Below are positions 27,851 through 39,399 of a stretch of 64,000 bases of DNA, one piece after another. This stretch comes from Raillietiella orientalis (taxonomy: Eukaryota). The notes under the pieces were generated by a model. It searched no databases. It was not told the origin of the DNA and saw nothing but the letters and a program-made list of their open reading frames with translations. Every line of letters begins with the position of its first letter. Within the stretch, counting starts at the first letter, position 1. The stretch spans positions 1,426,001 through 1,490,000 of the forward strand of contig JAYWIR010000004.1 of assembly GCA_036172245.1 (NCBI GenBank), given 5' to 3'. The position numbers were made by a program, and so were the translations under genes.

Positions 27851-29428
27851 TCCTCAGAAACGTCAGTGTGCGACTTTGAATTTCTCGCTGAGTTATGTGC
27901 ACGCCACTTTTACCCCAGTCGGATACCTTCGGACGTCTGGTGTCTCTTCCCGTTGTTTGTGCCGACAGATGCTTTTATGCTTTGCACGTATCGAACCACT
28001 TCAAGATAGCTCCATCTACTCCATGATTGATTTTCTCTGTTTGCATTACAGAGTGCTTGTTTCGAATGCAAGCAACAACAACAACCAAAGGAAACAGAAA
28101 TTCTTCTGCAGACGCCGAGGAGTTTTGCTTGCAGAGTGAAGGATTTTCTGAACACTCTCGGAGTGTTCCTCATAGAGTGCTCCTCGGAACTGTCTGAGGT
28201 GCCTTGTGCTCTCCAGAATAAGAAAAGAGACTGGCGCTTACTTGCGAGAGATGGCAGAGTCCCAACCCGGAAGAACTAAGCAGCAGTGCTATGATTGAGT
28301 AGATGCCATGGGTTGTCCGTTTTTTCTGTACCATGCTCAGTGGAGACTATTTTAGTACTTCTGAAAACCCTGTTTGGTTTCGTTTTTGGAGTGCAGTCTA
28401 CTTTTTTTTTTTCTTCCTTTCGGAGAGTCCATCAACTTCGTAAGAATAAAGTGCGATTCATAACTGAGGGCAAAGCCATTTCCTTCAAATTGTGACGTCA
28501 TGCTACGAGCCTTGTGCTTGGAGGAGGTAGTGGACTGCCTGAAACTAAGAGCGAGGCTCCTAGTAGAAATTACTATGTCTGCTGCTAGATGGCACTTCCT
28601 GCGTGCTGGCATCAGCTTTGCCGCTGTTCCAAATTGACATGATCAAAAATGTTTCTGGTCAATTTAGTGCCTTGCTCAGGAAGCTGATAAAGAAAAAAAA
28701 ATAAATATCTGCTTGAAGTGGATCTTAATTGAGATAGGTTTCTCAGGCACAAACCCAATTTCCCTTTCTTCCCCCACGAGAGTTTCCCGAACAGACATTT
28801 TCAAGGTGTATCCATTAGAACCTGGTCATGGGTAACGGAGTGGGTTCCGGGTGATGTTTTGGGTTCGTTCTCTCGTTAATAGATGTACCATTCGAAGCTC
28901 GATCATCTTAGGTTTTAGAGAAGATTAAGCATCACTTGGCGCCTCGAAACGGCTAGCAAGTAAAGCATTCTTCCATATGGGTCGCGCTCTAATGGAAGGA
29001 GTCTAAAGCGCAGCATTACACATTCCCGAATTAAATTGCAATGAAAGTAGTTTCTGCTCCATGCACAACTGTCCAATACACCTGTGGGCATTATGGTTGC
29101 AGGCAGAAGGTTTCATCAACCAGGCTGTAACCAGGTCAAGTAGTAAGCATCACTTCTAAATTTCTTTCTTTCTCTCTCCAAATTTTACAGTGTAAAGTCC
29201 CATTCCACTCCGCATACAGAAATGCATCCGGTTATCCCGTTGTGAAATTCCACACCAAGGCTTAAGATTACCGGAGAAGCACAATGGAATATTCTGGATG
29301 ATTCTACAAAAAACTTCATGATAATCATCGAATCATAAGGTCTTGGCACACTTTTACAACGGCAAGACAGGTCAATTGTACACTTCCCTATCACAGTCCA
29401 CAGCTACTCAAAAAGAAAAATTGTGGCT

Positions 29429-29468
29429 GATCAGCCAATGCACATTCTTCTTAGTGCATTGGCTGATC
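29429..29468. repeat. Perfect 15-bp inverted repeat with 10-nt spacer
   Basis: GATCAGCCAATGCAC-attcttctta-GTGCATTGGCTGATC. Confidence 0.9.
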
Positions 29469-30788
29469 CTTAGTTCCGATAATTTCGGATAGTCAGATAA
29501 AGGGATCTTCAGAAGTGTCAACAAGGAGCTCCGGAAAGAAAATGCTCATTTCATCTCGAATGTCTGCAGAGGTAGCAGAACATCGAAATCGGTTTTAAAA
29601 TAGGGAAGGTAAGAACTGCCGAAGCAGAGTTTCAAAATTCAAACTCTAGGTGGCACTAGAATTCAAGGACGTCTAGCTCGGCGAATTTGTCCGACTCCCG
29701 GTTCCTCAGGTATTTAGGTACAAAAATCCCATCAGTCTTTCCTTCCTTTTCTTCTCCTTCTAGATGTCTTTCAAAAATTAAAGATTCCCCAGCCGGAAGT
29801 CCACTTGTGACTTTCTGCCGAGGTGGTCGTCCTTCGACGAGATGAGAGATGCGCTGAAACGGTGCCGTCTGGAATGGTCCAGGAGCTTCGCATTCAAGAC
29901 GAGCAGTGAACCCTTTCGTGCAGCGCTTCCAAGGGCGGATCCTATTTCAGAAGTTGAAGGCGCCGTGCCCGCCGTGCATCCCCTTCACACCCATTGAGGT
30001 CCGCAAGGTCGTCAAGCCAATTCCCAGATCGGGAATATTGTTCGGATGGCCCCAACGTAACCCCCTGTTACTGAGGGCGAGGGATCGTTTCGCCATCGAT
30101 CCGAAGGAACAGGCCATAATCTGAACGGTTGGATAATGGGAGGCTCCTAGGAGACTGTGGCTTTCTCATGGGGAGCGGCCCGAGCTCGGAAATTGCGCCC
30201 AAATGCAGGTCGATCCTGCCTGATGCCTCCGATCGCGGCCGGCTGCATTTAAAAGGATACAAAAAGAGAGACTGCCCGCGGCAATTGTGCCGCGCGCTCT
30301 CCCTTTCTTCTTCCCACTTCCTCGTCTCACAGGTCGGGCTCTCTCCTAGAACTGCTGGAGCGAACGCCGGCGCAGAGCGAAAGGCTCCCGAGTCGAAACA
30401 AAACTTCCGGGACAGCCCGAACGCCGGAATGCATGGGAGGTCCCCCATTCGCGTCCGTATCCCCCTTTTCGGGAGCGAACAAAAATGGCCCGGGATGCCC
30501 TGCTCCCGAAAAGAATACAATTCAATTTAAACTTACCGAAGAGTGCCACGGGAAGCCCTGTGCAGGCGAAGCCCGACCCTCGTACTCAGCGCGCGCATGC
30601 CGCTTCATCCACACGCGTGTTCCGTAGGGGGAACGGCGCCATTTTTGAGCGGACCGCTGGGAGGCGGCGGTGGTTTCCTTCGGGGGCCAGGGCGGCTCGG
30701 TGCTCGAAGCGCTCGATCGGAAGCTGAAATCATTCTGGTCTGCCGCTCCTTCGGGGACAGGCCGCCACAACACCGTCGCCAACAGATT

Positions 30789-32450
30789 CCCGCTTTGGTG
30801 GCCGTGGGCTATTACGGCCTCCGCGCGCGGCATCACCAAGCGCTGAGGGTTCGAACTCCTACGTGGAGGATTGACGCCAGGAAGGGGGAGTGCGTCGTGG
30901 GTTTGGAGTCGGTTTCGAGTCCCTTCGCAGGATGATGCTGGCTGGCCTACAATGTTCGGGTGCCTCTCTGGTTGACACTCGGTCACGCCGGAGCGTTCAT
31001 TTATAAAAAATAAACGTTACTTATAACTACGAAAGGGAACCTGCTGGGAACTGGCACGCAGGCCAGTGGGGTCGCCTTAGCAGCACAGGGAGAGGGGAGA
31101 CAAACAAAAAGAAAAAAAAATAAAACAATAAAGACAGTCAAAAAATGCAGGAAGGGGGGAGGGTTCGGGAAGGGATCACTGTGCGCTGAAGGGTGCCCTC
31201 TACAACCTTGTAAGGATGCCGGCAAGTTCCTGTTTCAAGACTCCCAGATGGAACCATCTTGACGCTATCCTCATTAAGAGGACGGCAAAATAGCTGGCGT
31301 CCTTGTCCTGTCCTCGTCTTGCCGTCTGTCCTCTGGCGTTGCTTCATGCAGCCACGATCCCGCCGCGTGGGCAGCAAAGTGTCGCTAGGAGTGCGGCCAG
31401 AGTGAGGGCGTCGCTCAGGAAGAGGCTCTTTACAACGTCTCTGGCGTTGCCGCCGGAGGTTCCAAGGGTCGCAGCAAAGCGTCCCCAAAGGGGTCGGGGG
31501 GCTACACAGTCCACTAGGAGGTTCGGGAGGGATTTCTTCTCGCCTCACCTTGCACAGTCTGGATCCACATCCCCCCGTGTCCAATGATGCCTCACTGGTG
31601 GAATTCGGATGCTCCCGTTGACTGTCCGGGATCGGAAATCGACGTTCTGGGGTCCTTCCAGGAATCAAGAAGTCCTTTAGGGTTCCCCCTCCGCTTGTGA
31701 AAATAGAGCTGTCCGTCGCGTACCATGTAGCTGGTTGATACCCCCTCGGAGGGTCGCCTCTCCAGAGTGTTACAGCCGTGCGCTGCTCCCTTCGGGAAGC
31801 TCCCTTCCGAGAAATCCAGAAGTGCCCCCTCGGGGTTCTCTTCAGAGGAGGAAATAGGGAGCGGACCCCTTCCCCGGGGCGAGATGCTCAGTTTACCTAG
31901 AAGAGACCTGGAATGGCTCCCAGTGCCCAAGAACAGCAGTGTCCTCTCCCTAAAGTGGCGGGAGTCGGCACTTCTGCTGTTGCACTAGGGCCATCCCTGC
32001 AGCTCCCGCGGACACCACTGGACGCTGCAGAGAGTGGAGTGATCCCGGACTGTCGCAGATGAGGGGAACGGGAATCCCTTCCGCACCTGCTCGTGGACTG
32101 TGTTGCCTTCTGACCCCTAAGGGAACGTTCGGAACGACCCTCTGGATATCGATTGGAACCCCTCCCCCTTGCCACGGGCGTTTACGACTATCCTCTTTGT
32201 GCGGGGCGCCCTGCATCCAGCCGCAGCCCGAGCAGAGCCCTGCTGCATCTGTGAGATCGTGACGATCTGGAGCGAAGTCGACAGGGGACGAGACAAGAAG
32301 GGGGCCTCCAGTTCGCAATTTGCTTTCTGCGAATAGCAACCAGATGGCCCCACTTGGGAACTATTCGGACGGACCTAGCCGACATCTCGGAAAGGACGTA
32401 GACTCCCTTCTGGAGACAGTGGTCCCTTCCCGACCTTCCCTAAGATTTTT
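30789..32450 (+). mobile_element. Repeat with tRNA-like head followed by decayed gag-like sequence
   Basis: GGTGGCCGTGG...GAGGGTTCGAACTCC plus a second B-box-like GGTTTCGAGTCCC. Homologous in inverted orientation to 24820-25225. The 3' boundary is approximate. Confidence 0.6.
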
Positions 32451-32799
32451 ATTTATTTTTATTTACTCTTTCTTCTTGATTCCTCCCATCCCCCTTTGCT
32501 ACCGAGGAAAGTCCTGTCGATCTGCGCACCGACTACCTGGTCGGTCTGTGGACAAACGGAGTCTGGTAGGACCACGTGTTCCACCACAATTTGCGAGTTT
32601 CCTTTAAATTTTAAGCAACATCCTAGGGTGTCCGGGTAAAGATCGGAGATGACCAGGGCGACGGTGTATTCTCTTCGGGGTTTCCCTTCCAAGCGTAAGA
32701 AGAACTCATCTAAAGCCTTCCTGGATTCATAGGGTGATCCTCCTGCAGTTTCCCCCTGACTTGAAGAGTCACACGAGCCCTCGGGCGGCATGGTCAGTG

Positions 32800-34610
32800 T
32801 TGAAGAGCTTCGCAAGTCCCCCCTAAGGAGGAGAACGGTTCTTCGGCACTCTTTGAGAACTGAAGAAAGAAAGAAAAAAGGCTGAAAGGAGAGCAGCGAA
32901 AGCAGAGGAACCTTAAAGGATCTCCATCATCCTTCCTCAGGAAATTCCAAGCAGGTTGCCAGGAAAGACGATTCTCGGGTTTGGGCACGCGGGAACACAC
33001 TCGCGCGCAGCGAACGAGGATGCCTCGGGAGACCTCCTGACCAGCGGAAGGGTGCAACCCTTCACTCCAGAGCCCCGGATCTCGGTCAAGGAGGAAAGCT
33101 TTCGTGGCTTGGCACGAGAAGATCTTCAGCTGGATCCGGTTTGACTTTTTGGCAAGGAGGGGCGATTCTGACTCCGCCCGGAGGCGGCACTGAGGTTCTA
33201 GCTGCAGCTTGCTCAGCCTCTGGGAGTAGGGGAGGTGCAGCTTCTTCCATCCATTTCTCGGCATCCCGCGTGTCGTCTCATTTCATGATGAAGCATCTTC
33301 CTAAGGGCCTAGCGCGACACCTCGGCATCGGGACGAGCCCGCATCTCGTTCCCTCCTTCAGTTTTATCCCCTCAGGGTCAGGAAAAGCAAAGGAGCAAGG
33401 ATCAGCATTTTCCTATTTTTGGCTGCCTGTCCACATGAAGACCACTCTGCAAGAAGTTTCCCGAACCTCCAAAGGAATGAAACGGGATGGTCAAAAGGTT
33501 CAGAAGATGAGACATCGGATTCCATTTCAGTCCAGGCGTCTTTCAGGGATGTTCCCCTAGAAAAAGGGATTCTTCTCCAGGAAGGACACGAATCCGGAAT
33601 CAGACGTGCATTACGTGATCCTCTACAGGGAAAGCGAAGCGATCCGGGGCAGGGAAAGAAGGTTCTAGCAGGGCCGAAGAGACCATTGGGCCAAAAATAG
33701 GCAAAGAGCAAGCCAGGAAGGCGAGACGAGAGGAGAAAAAGTGGAGAACGAACCATTAAAGAAAAGGAGCCTGGAACCAAGGGCAGAGAAACCAGCGCCA
33801 CAGTAGCCAGTTGTGCCTTGTGGGAATCCAACTCACCACCTGATGCCCTGGGTCTTTCCATTCCTCCGTGCGAACTTGGACGTAAGGGAAAACTGAAGCT
33901 CTGGTCCAAGGACTCAGAAGATGAATTCTGAGTGCATTGCAGTGAAGCGGAAACAGAAATGCCACTCTTGAGCTGCCCCACGCTGGGCAATGACCGACGG
34001 GGCAAATGGCGGATGTTTCGTGGAAGGCGGGGAAGGAACCTCAGGAGGACTTCTGGAAGGGGAAGGCAGCGGCGGTCCCCAATGCAAGGTGCCTATGGGC
34101 CCGCTCCGAGGCAGCTCGCCTTCATCCACTGAAGCAGGGTAGACAAGCTAAAGAAGGAAGGCCATCAAGAGGATGTAGGAAACAAGGAAAGACCTCGCTG
34201 AATGAATGGAAGGCTGCCATCAAGAAGCACTCTCCCACTACCTGGAGCGCCTCTTCAGCAGACTGAAGGCCTGCACCGAAGACGAAACCAAAACAAAGAA
34301 GCCCACAAAGAAGCCCACAGGGGACATGGGTTGCAGAGAGGCTTGCCCATGTCCACCAATTTGCGCGGCAAATGTTTCCAGGGCAACCCATCTAGATCAG
34401 CAACAAATAAAAGCCAGGAAGAGGGAGCGGAACGCGCGTTCGGATGGTTTGGCGGTCTGGAAGAGAAGAGCCATCGCTCCGTTTCTGCGCTGACTCGAAA
34501 TTCGGTGGAGCGGCCAAAGCGTCCGACTCGCACGAGTGACGACGCACTCGGCGTCAACGGGGCGGAGCCGGAAGCGAACAGGGCTACCACCTAGACACCA
34601 GGCCGCAGGC
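32800..34610 (-). mobile_element. Possible decayed DIRS-like element 5' half with a related tRNA-like head
   Basis: Head TGGTGTCTAGGTGGTAG...GTTGACGCCGAGTGCGTCGT shares TTGACGCC and GAGTGCGTCGT with the 30.8 kb copy. It is followed by LPRKLVDMGKPLCNPC (Cys-rich, gag-like) and fragmented downstream ORFs. Confidence 0.35.
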
Positions 34611-35306
34611 GGAGATTTCCCTAGGCGGAAAATGCACGTGGGATCTCGGGACCAATCGAAGATGCTTCCATGGCACTTCGCAGACTACGTTCTGGGAGGC
34701 GGGGATCCTTCCAAGGCACGAAAAGTGCTGTCGAGCCATCCCGTGAAATCCCCTCACGTGAAGAAGAGACAGATTTGCTTCCAAGGACACGCAGGATGAC
34801 AGCTGCAACGAACGTGGAATCATGGAAACACTCCAGAAGCTTCATACACTCTTTTCAAATCGTGAAGCCACAAAAACGATCCTAAATGTCCCCATTCTCT
34901 ATCGTTGATCTCAAAAGCAGTCGCTTTCTCTTCCTTCTTTCGATTATACATGGAATTTCCAGTTTTTTAGAAGTGCAAATTATTCTGCAGCTCCAGTTTC
35001 TTCTCAAAAAAAAAAAATGCAGAAACACTTTAACTACTTTCATAACTGAGCTTCCATGCAGTCCGGGAGAAGTGGGACTCACCACTCTCTTGTTTGAGTG
35101 GATGGCCTTCCATCGGTCACTAATCTTTGGCTTTGCAGTTTCGATAAAAAAAAAAAAAATCATTTTATCAGTGCAAGTGAATCGCATAGTCTCTCAGGCA
35201 AACAATTTGTGAGCGACCAATAAGCGCTGGTGTGTAGCTGCATCGAGGACAGCCAAAGGGAGAATCCAATACCCACCACAGCAGCATCTCTGTTGGACCC
35301 TGAGGA

Positions 35307-36640
35307 TCAAGGGCGCAACCAGGGAAGCCATCCTGAAATGGCGCCTGGATGCAGACGCCTCCTCACACGACGATCGACATCTGCTTGAACATCGACACTA
35401 GGAGTTCTCGACTCGTGCTTCATTATTCTGATGGCGCTATTGACGTCCGGGAATGCCACGCGGACAAAATTCCCAGCCGCGGCAGGACTGATCACTGGAA
35501 ATCGATCTTGGAAAAGAACAGGCTCGGATGCCTGCTGCTTTTGGCTCCCAGCGTTTGCCACCCTTCCCATAATGGAACGTTCCTGCTGGAAGGGAGATGT
35601 AAGTGGCGCCCATCACAATGTCTGATGCACGTATCAGATGAAGCCCATCTTGCTTTTTTCTCATGGCTTCCTTTCCTTCCTGTCTCGAAATCACCGGTGG
35701 CGTCAAATCCCTTCGTCCCTTTAATGGATATTCTATTTTCGTCCAGTTAGCTGTTTTAAGCGTTGGGGCGTTTCTAAAACGGAGCGGGGTTTCCACAGCA
35801 CTGCAATGAAGAGGTCTTTCTGTTCCTTTCTCATGCCATGTGTCACTCACCATCTTTTCACTAAGGTGCAAGCGCGCGCAGCCTCCTGCCTTTTCCAAAG
35901 GATGCGCTGCCGACAGGCGCCGTGTGGTGATGCCTTCCGCTACTGAACTTGAGGGAAATTACCATCTCGTTACCACGGAAATCACGATCCCAAGCGCGCC
36001 CCTTGCTGCCTCGTTTGCGATGCACACCTTCCTGGTTCTAGGTTTGAGTAAATGCGGAACGGCAAGGGATCCTGGCAGCCTCCTGTCCTGTCGGAAATCC
36101 GGGAACAGCTCTGAAACACGCGCGATCAAGTAAGGAGACTGTTTCTCCTTTCAACCGCGAGAGGGGAACACCGGTTTCAATGCTTGTGTTGTCGATGGGG
36201 TCATCGGGAGTCTGACATCCTAGGAACGGAGACTTTTTCGGAGAACTTGTGGTCTCTCTCACGTAGGAAGAAGAGGTCCAGGCAGGGAATGGAGGTGTAT
36301 TCCGAGATACGGCACAGCCAGGGCATGCACTGGGCCCACGTTCTAGGCATGCTCCAACGGCAACACAATGTTTCTGACCCGTGGTGCCCACGGCGATAGC
36401 AGGAGATGCAGAATCGCTCTTCCGATTGGATCATTAGATGGTAGCAATCGCGGAGAATTTCCTCCGAGATTGATCTGACGTATTCAATCTGAGAACAAAA
36501 CTCGTCTTCCATAGCCCGATTGGACCAGCACCTATTCTACCACTTGAGCACCCTTTGAGCTCATAGCAGCTCTCAAGTGAGAGAGAATTCCAGCTTGCGT
36601 CTCCACCTGGGGCCAAAACGGGGCGGTGAACCCACAACTC
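35307..36640 (-). mobile_element. Possible decayed L1/Tx1 non-LTR element (ORF1 zinc knuckle, then endonuclease start)
   Basis: RFCISCYRRGHH is a degenerate CCHC knuckle. Downstream PVLFQDRFPVI..AGNFVRV..SAIRIMK resembles APE GVAILF..GR..INVYAP. Weak. Confidence 0.3.
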
Positions 36641-39399
36641 TTGAGAACAAAACCGCCACTCTCATTTTTTTCTTTTCTTTCCTTTCTTCCTTTCTTCCTT
36701 TCTTTTTTTTTTTTTTTAAAAAGCAACAACTGACATTGGCTGATCCAGCGGCCCTCTCTTTTCGAACCTCGGTCATTCTCGCGGAAGCAAGAACCGCATT
36801 ACTAGCAAACAATAGGTCGCTCATGAGGGCAAGCACAAGTGTGGCCCCAGATTCGTAGCAACCCTGGCCATGGAAAAAAGGAGACATAGGGGAAGAGGAA
36901 CAGGAAAAAGACTTTCTTCAGTGCAGGCAACACGAGTCCTCCCTCGAAGTCAGCTCGACCTTCACGGAAGGCGCTCGGGCAACTCCGCTTTCTTTCAAGA
37001 CAAGATGCACTCGGCGGAGCGTGGTCCCCTGCCGGCTTGCTGTTCTTCTGCTCTCGGAAGGTGGGTCGGCCTTTCGACAAGCGAAAGGTCCAACAAGTCT
37101 GAGATGCTGCTGGAACAAGAGGCCTCGCACAACACAGTAGCAGCAAGACGAATGGACTGTTCCAGGGACGCAGCTGCAAGACCGCTCTGCGCTCCCGTGG
37201 TCGCTGGGAGCCGCGGGATTAGGGAAACGTTGGGGTTGGCGCACGTTCACGGTTTAGCGGCGTGTTTGAAAGAGCAGCCGTCTCCTTCCAATAGGAATCG
37301 GATCTGGCCGACTCAGTTTCCGATTAGTCATCTTCCTGGCGTGATGAGGGCTGGGGGTTAAGAGGATGCCGGAAGCACCAATTGTGCGCGCGTTCTGCTT
37401 TGTGGCATACAGAGCAGGCTCCAGCACGACTACGCCTTTGAAGCGCGTTGCCACTGACAAAAGAACGAAAGGGTTTATTATTGTTAAAAAAAGAAAAGAA
37501 AAAGGAAACATGCGTCTGTTAGTGGGTACGGTACTCTTCAATGCCGTTGTCACGCATTTGAGAGTATGCACGGTACAGTGCAGTATTTACGAACATACAG
37601 TACATCCCGAAATTCGACCCAGGATGGCCTTCTTTCCTTGGCTGGCGGCTGGAACGGTAGCCGAAAATGAATATGCTTTCCGAACCAGAGGTCTTCTGTT
37701 TCCTGCATCACGCAATCTTCTAATTATCTTCGTTTCCATGACCGTTCGCCATGGCTTTAATGAGAGGCACGTCCAAGCGCTAGTCAGTTAAACGTGGCTC
37801 GCTCTTCTTTTCGACGAGGGCGAAGGGTAGAGAACGCAACTTGAAATTACCCTCTAGTCCTTCAAGGTAATGGGAAGACCCGTGGCACTCGTTTGCTTTC
37901 AGGACTACTTGCGTGCCGAACTTCTCAAGCAGTCCTTTCTCAGCCTCTGAGAAAAGTCTTCATGAAAATCAGTAATAATAAGAACAAATGAGCATGAATA
38001 TAATAATCATAGCTGTGATTCAAGAAATGCATTGCAAATACGATGCCTTATAAATGAAGAGGACCGAGGTACAACAAATAAAGATGGTGTTCTTTTGATT
38101 AAAAAAAATTATATTTAATAAACAAAGACGAGAATCAAACCACAAAAAGAGTACAACAAACAAATAGGGGGAAAGTAACCAGATTCTTAGTGAGTGGAAG
38201 TAACCATGGAATCCACTGCATGCCTGCAGCTTCCATGTTCATAAACCGAAGTTAATGTGAAAAAGGGTAAACGCTGATCCCGAAGATGTTCTGATCTGCT
38301 TCGGAGATTCCACAGCATGCATCCAGTCAAGCCCTTGAGCCGCAGTTGCCTCTCCCGTCTGAGACAACTTAATTTAACGAGAAGGATCACGCTCCACGCT
38401 GATATGCTCTCCCGCAGTCAGGAAGTGCCTCATGGCGGCGCCCGAACGAAGCGAGCGTGATCTCAGCGAAGAGCTGAAGTGATGGTATCGGACACTTTCG
38501 GGAAGGAACATTTGTTTCGGATGTCTGGATTCGCATTCGTGTGGCGTCAGTTTTTCCCCTCCGCTCTCGTTTGTATCTGATGAGGGAGAAGGCTGAACAC
38601 ACCTGAGGACAAAGTGATTTCGAGTGGCCCCAGCAACTCAGTGGCAAGGTTCGGGTCCCTGCTTGAAGCCTTTCATCTCTTCCACGCTGAAGAACATTTT
38701 GTTGTGACTAATCGGAGCATCCTTTGATTTTCAGTCTCGAGACTTTCTTCAGCTAAAACGGGAGCACTTTGGATAAAGAAGAAGGCTTACCACAAGTCTG
38801 CAGATAAGTTATCGCCAGTCTGCCCGAGGCAGTCCGGTTTGCATAAATCAGGGTTAATTTGGTTCTTGTAAATCCATCAGACCAATCCATTCCATCAAGG
38901 GCACCGATCTCGTTTCTATAAGATTGGGACGTCAGAGCTGAAGGCCGAATTTTTTGGAAACGAGACTGAGTGCCACATCATCACACTTCATCTCAAGCTC
39001 AGTTTGCAAATTTCGTAAATCTTATCGTTACTTCTGTCCATAAAGCTATTAAAGACCGACAAGACTCCCGTGTCCGCGATCCTACGCAGCCCAGGCAAAA
39101 GAAACGGAAGCATCGGTCAGAGCATCCTCCAAATGGCCAATCGATAGTCGAACCACCAGAAGACCAGGGGCCTTTAGAACCGCGCGACGACGGAATGCAA
39201 GCAAGAAATGCGTTGTAGAACCCCACGGAGGTTAACCTTCTCGACAAAGCCTCGACTCACTGTCGGATGCTAGATGAAGACCAGTCCAATTTCCACAACG
39301 TGTCCCTTCCTGGGCTTTATTCTGTCAAGTCAGAAGTGGACAAAGCTGGTGGCACTTTTTAGTTTGTCTGCGATTCATGGAGTCCAGAATCCTCCCCAC

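Noticed and set aside
36520..36545. IGAGPIGL Rossmann-like GxGxxG motif
   Set aside because: Isolated in a short ORF with no supporting fold context; lies within a probable TE remnant.
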